Origin: a virus
Lineage: Duplodnaviria > Caudoviricetes
Length of the DNA: 64,000 nt
IMG/VR virus record: IMGVR_UViG_2974723664_000001
Coordinates: 1 to 64,000 of that record
Direction: 5' to 3' (one strand)
Position 1 is the stretch's first letter. Each line of letters starts with the position of its first letter. Positions 56,250-64,000 of this stretch are shown piece after piece. The position numbers and the translations under genes are program-made. Below the pieces are notes generated by a model. That model worked only from the letters and a program-made list of their open reading frames with translations, made no database searches and was not told the DNA's origin.

Positions 56250-58532
56250 TTAGTTGGTCAGTCGGATTGCCGGGTTCATGGCAGGGTCCTGACTGGGATC
56301 GTAACTGGAGGAACCAAGATTGGCAGGGGTACTTCCTTGCGCAGCTTGGTCCCGTTCAATGGTGCTCAAAGGAGCACTGGACTGCTTCGTGAGCGCATTA
56401 TACGCCACAGCAGCAGGAATGTTGGGGGAACCTTCTCCCTCTTTCTTCGGAGCCAAGAGAGCCTTGGTGACCTGGAGGTCTTGGTTCCCTTCGGCTTGTG
56501 CCTGTTGAGCTTGCATATTGCGAGCGTGAGTCGTGCCGGTTTCCTGTTCCAGATAATCCAGATTGGTCTTATCCGTCTGAGCACCCTTGAGACCAGCTTC
56601 CGCAGCATTCTTCTGTGCCTTGGAGCGAATCTCCATGACTTCAGCACGCAGCTTCTCCAGTTCCAGTTGCCGCATTTCTTCAGCGACCGGATCAGGTTGA
56701 GGCTCGAAAGTCTTGATGGCGTGAGCCAGGACAGGCATACGCTTCAGCTTGGCAATCTCGGACAGGATCATCTTGGTGATGCCGAAGTCCATGGTATTGC
56801 CCAGAGTCTGGAGCATGAAGGAGAGGTCTTGAGCCTTCTGGTTATCGACCTCAGCAGTGGCAATGTCCACTTCCAGATCGAAGTTACCAGCCAAGTCTTC
56901 ACGTTTGACCGTGACGTACTCGGAGTTGGTAACCCGGATGACTTCCTCTTCCGACATGAAGACAGCGTTCATGGCGATGATCTTCATGCCAACTTCGGTC
57001 ATACCCTTGGCCAGACGGCGAAGGATTGCCATCTCCCGCTTGGAAGAAGCATCCAGCACACCACGGATACCGGCAGCCACATCTCCGTATGCCTCACCGG
57101 AGACACCACCAGCGAAGGACTTCACGCCAGTCAGTGCTTCAGCCTCTTGGTTCTGGAGGTTCAGCATGACGATGGCAGACTGAGGCAGTTCAGGGAACTT
57201 GTGCTCAATCAGCCCTTGGTTCGGGTTCAGAGTCGGGTTGTACTCGTAGTCCTTGCCGTCGTCGTAGCGTTTGCGGTTCAGGGCATCCAGCATCCCCTTG
57301 GCGAAACCTTGCTGGCCATTGGCACTGCGACCCAAAAGGTCGATCATGCCTCGGGTGACAGCACCCAGAATCTTCTGGTTGTCTTCCAGGAGTTCGGCAT
57401 CTGGTTCACCGTACAGTTCACGTTTGACCGGCATGTAGGGAACCAAGACGAACGGAAGCTTCCCATCAGGGAAGGGGTTCAGTTCCATGCGGATCAGTAC
57501 GGAACCGATCCAAGTGGCCACGATGGGATGCATTTCCCCGTTGCCATAAATATCCCAGTAGCCCCAATACTCGTAGGCCACAACACGTTTCCGGGTTGCA
57601 TCACGGAATTGGAAGTCCTGGGGAGTCTTGGTCTCGTGGTCAGGCTCGGTCAGGGGGGAAGCATCATTCCAGACCACCTTGTCCAGATTCTTGTAGCGTC
57701 CCTCTTTTTGGAGTTCATGTTGCGAAGTCTCGAAAGAGACGATGGCGAACATGGCCTTCTCGATATCGCCCTGGCAGGACGGATCGATAGTGACGTTGGC
57801 CGGGTTCATGACTTCGATAGTGGGGCGGTTTTCCAACACCTGCTCCACTTCGATTTCCTGCTCACCCGTCTGGATGGCGAAGGTGGCCTCTCCACTTTCC
57901 TTGTAGTAAGCGACAGCTTGCTTCAGTTCCTCTGAAGCTTGCTCATCAAATCCACGGGGATTGGCGTTTTCAGCTTCGATGGCCTGCTGCAACTGATCGA
58001 ATTGTTCCTGCTCCTGAATGGGGAAGAAGGAATAGACCGGGGCCATCTGCTTGACCTTCTTGGTCACACGCTTCCAACCCAAACGCAGTACCGAAGTGCC
58101 TTCGTCCACAGTTGCACGAACGAAGTCATCGATCAGCTTGACTCGGTTGAACTTGGTTCGGAATTGCCAGTTGAGCACCAGTTCGTTCTGGACAGCAGCA
58201 TCCTCATCCTCGAAGGTAACCGGAGTCACCTTGTACAGCTTGTCCGAACCAAGGAAAGGCTCCGTCAAGGCAGAGTAACGCCACTCGGCCTGACGACGGA
58301 CGAGTTTGGGTTGGACCTGGGAGCGGCCCTTCACGACAGGGGGACGGGCCTTGCCCTTCACCTGCATCTGGTCATTCCAGTTCTGGATCTTGGAAATCTG
58401 AGCATCGTGCTCAGGCTTCGCTGCTTCATGATCCATCTTCAGAGCTTGCAGACTCGGTTCATTGGGCCAGTCCGTCAGCTTGGCAGACTGCGCCGGATCG
58501 GGCAGAGGCAAGCCAGTGTTCTGGTGTTCCAT
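56250..58532 (-). CDS. portal protein (N4 gp59-like)
   Basis: 760 aa; [12 protein letters not shown]; synteny. Confidence 0.92.
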   Translation of the reverse strand: MEHQNTGLPLPDPAQSAKLTDWPNEPSLQALKMDHEAAKPEHDAQISKIQNWNDQMQVKGKARPPVVKGRSQVQPKLVRRQAEWRYSALTEPFLGSDKLYKVTPVTFEDEDAAVQNELVLNWQFRTKFNRVKLIDDFVRATVDEGTSVLRLGWKRVTKKVKQMAPVYSFFPIQEQEQFDQLQQAIEAENANPRGFDEQASEELKQAVAYYKESGEATFAIQTGEQEIEVEQVLENRPTIEVMNPANVTIDPSCQGDIEKAMFAIVSFETSQHELQKEGRYKNLDKVVWNDASPLTEPDHETKTPQDFQFRDATRKRVVAYEYWGYWDIYGNGEMHPIVATWIGSVLIRMELNPFPDGKLPFVLVPYMPVKRELYGEPDAELLEDNQKILGAVTRGMIDLLGRSANGQQGFAKGMLDALNRKRYDDGKDYEYNPTLNPNQGLIEHKFPELPQSAIVMLNLQNQEAEALTGVKSFAGGVSGEAYGDVAAGIRGVLDASSKREMAILRRLAKGMTEVGMKIIAMNAVFMSEEEVIRVTNSEYVTVKREDLAGNFDLEVDIATAEVDNQKAQDLSFMLQTLGNTMDFGITKMILSEIAKLKRMPVLAHAIKTFEPQPDPVAEEMRQLELEKLRAEVMEIRSKAQKNAAEAGLKGAQTDKTNLDYLEQETGTTHARNMQAQQAQAEGNQDLQVTKALLAPKKEGEGSPNIPAAVAYNALTKQSSAPLSTIERDQAAQGSTPANLGSSSYDPSQDPAMNPAIRLTN

Positions 58533-58540
58533 GTGGATTC

Positions 58541-59050
58541 CTATTTCATGAGTTCTCGGTCAGCACGGATTTGCGCTGCAAGAGATTTTAGTTGTTCGTC
58601 ACGGAGTCCAATAGTAGCCCGGAGTTCAGCAACCAATCGTCGGCCCTCTTCAAGAGATCGATCGAGTTTGGCTGCATGGCTTGCAAGACGGTTTCGCTCA
58701 ACGGCTCCACCTTCGGCTTGACGTTGATATATGCTCGCTCGGGTGTCGCTGTTCCGCAGCCGGACAGTGAACTCGCCAGAAAGGCGATCAAGCTCCATGC
58801 GATGGCGTGTTTTAGCATTACGTAGCTCCCCTTCGAGGGATGTGACTTGAAGGCGATGTTGGGATTCAGCTTGGGAAAGTTCATCTCGTACTTTCTGAAT
58901 AGCGAGTAGATCCTTGGCCTTTTGTGCATCCCATTGTTGTTGTACGTGGGCTTCGCCTGAACTGGAACCAAGGGAATAAGTACCCCAGAGGGTAAGAGCC
59001 GTAGCCGCTACCACTCCGAGGTAAACCCATCCTTTAGGGATTGAGGGCAT
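58541..59050 (-). CDS. i-spanin (Rz-like)
   Basis: N-terminal TM plus coiled coil; downstream of endolysin. Confidence 0.85.
   Translation of the reverse strand: MPSIPKGWVYLGVVAATALTLWGTYSLGSSSGEAHVQQQWDAQKAKDLLAIQKVRDELSQAESQHRLQVTSLEGELRNAKTRHRMELDRLSGEFTVRLRNSDTRASIYQRQAEGGAVERNRLASHAAKLDRSLEEGRRLVAELRATIGLRDEQLKSLAAQIRADRELMK
58588..58818 (-). CDS. o-spanin lipoprotein (Rz1-like), embedded
   Basis: [21 protein letters not shown] lipobox in another frame within Rz. Confidence 0.82.
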   Translation of the reverse strand: MLKHAIAWSLIAFLASSLSGCGTATPERAYINVKPKVEPLSETVLQAMQPNSIDLLKRADDWLLNSGLLLDSVTNN

Positions 59051-59666
59051 CTTCATCACACGCTTCCAGGGGGACATTGCCGATCCGGTTGTTGATCCAA
59101 CCAGGAACGAAATCATCCATGTTGATGGAGAGATAGTGAACAGTCTGCTTGCCATCCAGCATCTTGATCACCATCTTGCAGGCCACCACTGCTCCCCGCT
59201 TTTTCTGGAGAGCCTGGTATGCCTGGATCGTGGCAGGACCAACTTTACCATCCGAGGTAATTTTTAGGTAGTCCTTGCCACCACGGGAGGCAGAGTTCAG
59301 GGCGTCCTGAAACCACTTCCCAGCACGGGAAGTACCGGTATTCACCCCAGCATCCACCAGTTTTTCAGCCACAGCAGGAGACAGGGGGATCATCAGGTCG
59401 AAGCCAGGACCGGAGATGTAGTCCTTCACATAGACCGATTCAGCCATAGATTTGGTGAGATTCTTCATCTTGCCATCCCATCCCTGCTCGACCAATGCTT
59501 GGCGGTGCTTGGCGGCTGTCGCCGCCGTCACGCCATAATTGGTCTCGCCACCAGGATCAAGGGGGTTGTTGACATAGCCCCCCTCTACGGCAAACACGGC
59601 AGTAAGGATGGCGGCGATCACCCCAGCCTTACCCTTGTTTGCATACAGCTTTTTCGTCACTGCCAT
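59034..59666 (-). CDS. endolysin, GH108 N-acetylmuramidase
   Basis: EGGYVNNPLDPGGETNYGVT; SAR-like N-terminus; DGKVGPAT. Confidence 0.9.
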   Translation of the reverse strand: MAVTKKLYANKGKAGVIAAILTAVFAVEGGYVNNPLDPGGETNYGVTAATAAKHRQALVEQGWDGKMKNLTKSMAESVYVKDYISGPGFDLMIPLSPAVAEKLVDAGVNTGTSRAGKWFQDALNSASRGGKDYLKITSDGKVGPATIQAYQALQKKRGAVVACKMVIKMLDGKQTVHYLSINMDDFVPGWINNRIGNVPLEACDEDALNP

Positions 59667-59916
59667 GATCTTTCCTTTTCCAGTTGAAGAGACGAGCCAC
59701 CTGAACGATGGCCCATGCGGTGAGAGCCAAGGAAGACCCATAGGGAATCTTCTCCAGCAAGTGCTTGGGCAGACTGAAGAATCCCATTTGAAGGAACTCA
59801 GCAGTAGCAAAGATAATGCCTCCCAGAGCCGAAGTGCTCCAGGAGGCACGCTTTAACCGGCACCGCCAGTCATGCTTGGGCGTCACCTTGGGGATCAGTT
59901 TCCTCCGCCCAGCCAT
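59629..59916 (-). CDS. holin-like membrane protein
   Basis: two hydrophobic segments; upstream of endolysin. Confidence 0.65.
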   Translation of the reverse strand: MAGRRKLIPKVTPKHDWRCRLKRASWSTSALGGIIFATAEFLQMGFFSLPKHLLEKIPYGSSLALTAWAIVQVARLFNWKRKDHGSDEKAVCKQG

Positions 59917-60230
59917 GATGCAATCTCCTTTCGTGCAGACCACAAGAAGGTGATGATGCCACCTGCAATGGCCCATACCCATTTACCCATGAGTCCTGCC
60001 CCGACCATCTTGTGCTTGATGGTTATGAATTCTTCAATGGTCGGTGCCGAATTGGCGAGGCTGGACTCTACGTTACCCAGGCGGTGGCCGAAGGTGGTCA
60101 TGTTGGTGGAGATGTTCTGAAGCTCCTTGTAGACATTGAGTCGGGAGTCTCGCTCTTGTTCCAAGATGCGGAAGAGCGTCTTCAGTTGTTCCTCCAAGCG
60201 TGCGATCTGGACTTCAGATGATTCGCTCAT
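59895..60230 (-). CDS. holin-like protein (N4 gp63-like)
   Basis: coiled coil plus C-terminal TM; lysis cassette position. Confidence 0.65.
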   Translation of the reverse strand: MSESSEVQIARLEEQLKTLFRILEQERDSRLNVYKELQNISTNMTTFGHRLGNVESSLANSAPTIEEFITIKHKMVGAGLMGKWVWAIAGGIITFLWSARKEIASWLGGGN

Positions 60231-60240
60231 GAGTGCTTCC

Positions 60241-60271
60241 AAAAGAAAGGACCGGGAGAGTATCCCGGTCC
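60241..60271 (-). terminator. terminator hairpin
   Basis: minus strand GGACCGGGA/TCCCGGTCC then TTTCTTTT. Confidence 0.7.
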
Positions 60272-60333
60272 ACGTTATGTCCCTATTAAGGGTCCGGTAG
60301 CTAAGTGCTACCGAATCATAACCGACTCACCTT

Positions 60334-61611
60334 TCAGCATCCACACACTTTGGGCCGAGCGAAGTAGACACCATCCCGCATCACCTGGGTGTAGGACCAG
60401 GGATAGATGATCTTGATGCCTGCTTCCTGTGCCAATGCCCATGCCTTGTCAGTATTTCCCCAGATGCGTTTTGCATCCTCCGGCAACAGAGTGAAGCCGA
60501 TGAAGTAGTGAACCACTTCAAGGGGGTACTTCAGCAGTTCAGTGGCAGCAGTGAACGTCTGCGGAACCAAGTCAAGACGACCATCAATGATCCAGTCATA
60601 GTCTTCAATCTGCACGAACTCATAGTTCGGGTACACCCACTCATCCATCGGGAAGTTCAAACGGAAGGTGAGATCAGAAGCAGGAGACATCACCTGCGGA
60701 CTGAAGAACAGAAGGGTAGCCTGAGCATCAGGGAAAGTCGCCTTCACCTTGTCTCGGACATAGTTGGTGCTGTCTCCCAGCTTGGTTCGGAGCCAATCAA
60801 TGTAGGGCCACTGGTTATCTGCCACCGGGTCGAAGATCGATTTGATCATCGGCATCGGAACATCATTGCCAGTCTCCTGCTTGTAGAGGTCCATGGTTCG
60901 TTGGTCATACAGGCAGGGAGCATTCTTGCCTTCCCCGTTGTTGTACGAGCCATCCCACCACCACGGTTCTCCGATCTGGAAGTATGGCACCATGCCAATC
61001 TCTTGGCCTGCCTTCAGGATTTGAACCTGTACCTTGGCGATGTAATCCAGGGGTGCTTCATTGGCAGGCTGGATGAACGAGGACGGCGGATACCATCCGG
61101 ACTGTGCGGGAAGGCCCAGCCAGTTCCGTTGCTTCCACTCTTCCGGCATGAAGAAATCCAGGATTTCATACGCCACCGAGTTCACGAACTTGAAGTTGCG
61201 TTCATGCAACAGTCGCAAGAATCGGCGATAGTATTCCATCGTGGGCCAGTTCACCGGCTCCGGCTCATTGACCGGATCAATACCCAGACGGCCCACAAAC
61301 TCGTAGGAATCACGGGTAGGTTTGATCGGGGACACCAGCGGGTAGTCACCAATCAGAGCCAGGTAGGATTGAGCCAAGTCCTTGCAGATACGCTGGGAAG
61401 TGGCAGGAAGGTAGTGAATCTGCCCAATGCCAGGCTCAAAAGCATAGTCATTGGGTCCATATTGAACAGTGTGAGCACCGAGGATCAGCCCGGGCATCTC
61501 AGCCACCAGTTCCGCTTGCATCTGACGGATCAGGACTTGCTGCTCTTCCAGGGCAGCTTCGGGCATCACCACCACTGCATCTTGAGTTGCCATATCGATA
61601 GCCGCCCCCAT
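60334..61611 (-). CDS. tail protein (N4 gp64-like, TIM-barrel-like)
   Basis: FQIGEPWWW and QIEDYDW motifs; size and synteny. Confidence 0.75.
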   Translation of the reverse strand: MGAAIDMATQDAVVVMPEAALEEQQVLIRQMQAELVAEMPGLILGAHTVQYGPNDYAFEPGIGQIHYLPATSQRICKDLAQSYLALIGDYPLVSPIKPTRDSYEFVGRLGIDPVNEPEPVNWPTMEYYRRFLRLLHERNFKFVNSVAYEILDFFMPEEWKQRNWLGLPAQSGWYPPSSFIQPANEAPLDYIAKVQVQILKAGQEIGMVPYFQIGEPWWWDGSYNNGEGKNAPCLYDQRTMDLYKQETGNDVPMPMIKSIFDPVADNQWPYIDWLRTKLGDSTNYVRDKVKATFPDAQATLLFFSPQVMSPASDLTFRLNFPMDEWVYPNYEFVQIEDYDWIIDGRLDLVPQTFTAATELLKYPLEVVHYFIGFTLLPEDAKRIWGNTDKAWALAQEAGIKIIYPWSYTQVMRDGVYFARPKVCGC

Positions 61612-61630
61612 TGCTGGGGGCGGTTCCTTT

Positions 61631-64000
61631 TTATTCCGGCACAGCCGTAGCCGAGAAGTCCGATTTTACGTTGGATGCTCCATCAGCACGACGAGGACGG
61701 ACACGCCACATCATGAAGGTGGACACGAAGCCATACAGGGCAATCATCTCCGCAGCAGTGAAAATGGTCTGGGGAACAGTGACAGTTTCAGTGCGGTACA
61801 TCGAAGAGTCATTGGCGTTCAGCAGTTCCACATCCCATTCCGCAGCATCGTTGGCATCCCACGTCATGGTCACGTCACCAGCAGCATTGTGAGTTGCGGC
61901 AGGATTCGTGGCCACTTCGCAGGATTCCGGAGGTCCTTCCAGAGTCACCGGATTGCCGAGAGTACCATCCGAGATCAGATGTTCCTGTGCCACAACCTTC
62001 ACCGTGGTAGCAGTGAAGCCGTAGGCAGCAACCTGTTGTTCTCGGGTGAAGAACAAGTAGTTGTCGGAACCAACGAAGTCAGTGGAAATCGGGTCACCGG
62101 AACTCAGATGGTAGTTGACCACCTTCACGTCACGACCAGCCTTGGTAGGTGCATCCCACATGAACTTGATGTCCGAGTTATTCGGATCACCAGCAAACAC
62201 TGCCTTCAGCCCCGTGATGTCATCCATGGGGTTTTCAGGAGGAATCGGTTCACCGTTGTACTCAGCACCAATGGAAGTCACATCCATGGCGGGATCGTAT
62301 TCCGAGACACGGAAAACAACATACCCAGCACCAGTGCTGTTCTGGTAGTAGGCACGTTGATCTTCAATGGTCCAGGTGATCGACTGGTTCGTCCAGCGGC
62401 GTGCATAGATTGCCTTCGAGACGTTGGACACATCCAGGTTCTCGATCCAAAAGTCCTGATAGTCAGGACGACCTTCCCAAGAGAAGACGATATCTCCGTT
62501 CAGTTGCTTCTTGGCTTGCACATTGGTCGGGGTGACCAGATGCTTACCCGTCACAACTTCAGCATTCCAGTTTGCGGCAGGGCCAACAGTCTGGGTTGCA
62601 GGCATGTATTCAGCAACCGAGAAGTCCATCAGGATCGTATCTTGGTTGTATGCCTGCTGCTGTGCCTGGAGAGTGAAAGTCCAGGTCGGGTCTTCCAGAA
62701 CACCCTGGCTGATAACAGCACCAGTGTCCAGACGGCGGTTGACGTAGTACCAGCCGAAGATACCAGGACGGGAATCCCAGGTGACCACGATATCCCGATT
62801 CGCCTTCTTCACAGGACGCACGCCAGTGGGCGGACGCAGGAAGGTCCAATCCGGGGGATTGTAGGCACGGTTGATATCGAGAGCCAAAGCTTCACCCATC
62901 TCAGCAGCAGCCGCATGGTAGGTTTCCAGGCTGTAGTGAATCCAGCCCACTCCACGGTCCATCTCGTTGTAGTAGGCCGTGTACAGGTTGGAGCCAGGAA
63001 CATAGGAACCCATCTTGAAGCCGATGCCTTCCTTCGACATTTCCGTGGCCAGATCACGCAGCAGGCGAGAGCCTTCAGCGTTCGATTCGACCGGAGGAAT
63101 CTCGTTGCCCCAGAAGGAGGTCGTGGCACCTTGGAACCACATCTCCAGGTTCGGGTTGCCCCAGTTCGCACGGCACCACGCCAACATCTCGATGTTGGAT
63201 TGTCGCCACGCAGCCAGGATGGCCGGACGGTCTGCTTCCGGAGCATAGGCAATACCGGTCGATTCACCAGGGCCAGACTGGATCAGATAGTCAGGAACCT
63301 TCGGGGACGACTTGACGATGGCATCCGCCAGAACCAAGGAAGGACCAGGAGTCTTGGTATCCGGATTCCACCAGTGCAATCCAGGCGGAAAGCCCGGCTG
63401 GTACGGCATCGGGTTCACAGGACTGGAACCAACGACGATCATCACAGGGATCACCTGCACATCACGCAGCCCTGCCTTTTGGGCAAAGGTGCGACGGAAC
63501 GTCGAAGCTGCCACCAAGTCCTTGCGGCCTTCCTTGCCAGTACCACCATGATCGCTGGGATCAGACAAGTCGTTGAAGTAGCCACCAATCAGAGAGTTCA
63601 TGGAGCACAGAATGCGCTTCTTGACCATGCCCACATCATCCAGAGGAACAAAATCTTCCCAGGGATGAGCCTTGATTTCACGGCCTTGGTACAGAGTCGT
63701 CACACGCCAGCGCATGAAACCCCATGCTTGTTGGTTGCCCATGTACTCCAGCATGGGAGCAGTGTTCCGCTCCACAGAGAAGTCGGCATACACATAACCG
63801 TCTTCCACCTGCGTACCAGGGACTTCCCAAGAGTAGGCAATCTCCTTCCGTTCCTTGGGATCATAGATTTCCACTCGGTAGCGACACAGAGCAGGATCAA
63901 TGCCATAGGACTTCCAGCGAAGTTCAACGTCACCCCAGCTATTGCGACGTGCCTTCAGATACGTGGCAATACCCTCACGCACCGGAACCTGCGGGTCCTC
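61631..64000 (-). CDS. non-contractile tail sheath/receptor-binding protein (gp65-like), 5' truncated
   Basis: frame open to the window end; repeated FN3-like modules (GDIVFSW, DIKFMW, GDVTMTW). Confidence 0.7.
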   Translation of the reverse strand, partial: EDPQVPVREGIATYLKARRNSWGDVELRWKSYGIDPALCRYRVEIYDPKERKEIAYSWEVPGTQVEDGYVYADFSVERNTAPMLEYMGNQQAWGFMRWRVTTLYQGREIKAHPWEDFVPLDDVGMVKKRILCSMNSLIGGYFNDLSDPSDHGGTGKEGRKDLVAASTFRRTFAQKAGLRDVQVIPVMIVVGSSPVNPMPYQPGFPPGLHWWNPDTKTPGPSLVLADAIVKSSPKVPDYLIQSGPGESTGIAYAPEADRPAILAAWRQSNIEMLAWCRANWGNPNLEMWFQGATTSFWGNEIPPVESNAEGSRLLRDLATEMSKEGIGFKMGSYVPGSNLYTAYYNEMDRGVGWIHYSLETYHAAAAEMGEALALDINRAYNPPDWTFLRPPTGVRPVKKANRDIVVTWDSRPGIFGWYYVNRRLDTGAVISQGVLEDPTWTFTLQAQQQAYNQDTILMDFSVAEYMPATQTVGPAANWNAEVVTGKHLVTPTNVQAKKQLNGDIVFSWEGRPDYQDFWIENLDVSNVSKAIYARRWTNQSITWTIEDQRAYYQNSTGAGYVVFRVSEYDPAMDVTSIGAEYNGEPIPPENPMDDITGLKAVFAGDPNNSDIKFMWDAPTKAGRDVKVVNYHLSSGDPISTDFVGSDNYLFFTREQQVAAYGFTATTVKVVAQEHLISDGTLGNPVTLEGPPESCEVATNPAATHNAAGDVTMTWDANDAAEWDVELLNANDSSMYRTETVTVPQTIFTAAEMIALYGFVSTFMMWRVRPRRADGASNVKSDFSATAVPE

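Noticed and set aside
58588-58818. Gene nested within a gene
   Set aside because: Standard Rz/Rz1 arrangement

Overview
This window is most of the genome of a lytic N4-like podophage (Schitoviridae), read from about the left end. The + strand carries N4-type hairpin promoters, gp1/gp2-like early genes, many small accessory genes, two-subunit RNAP II, an Ig-like decoration protein, AAA/vWA-metallopeptidase pair, dCTP deaminase, thioredoxin, ThyX, rIIA/rIIB, helicase, family A DNA polymerase, exonuclease, primase, SSB and resolvase. The - strand carries the 3428-aa virion RNA polymerase, ejection/structural proteins, major capsid protein, portal, the lysis cassette and tail proteins (the last is cut by the window end). 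A high-GC gene with ASAPVA linkers hints at an Achromobacter-like host (inference). Strongest leads: (1) a ~1.1 kb structured non-coding locus at 15755-16855 containing three aberrant tRNA-like units and extra T-arm motifs; (2) strong genome-wide over-representation of GAACCAAG on both strands; (3) an early cluster of SLOG, NADAR-like and macrodomain-like genes suggesting an NAD/ADP-ribose counter-defence module, one gene flanked by perfect 23-bp direct repeats. All homology calls come from remembered motifs and synteny, not database searches; counts were done by eye.
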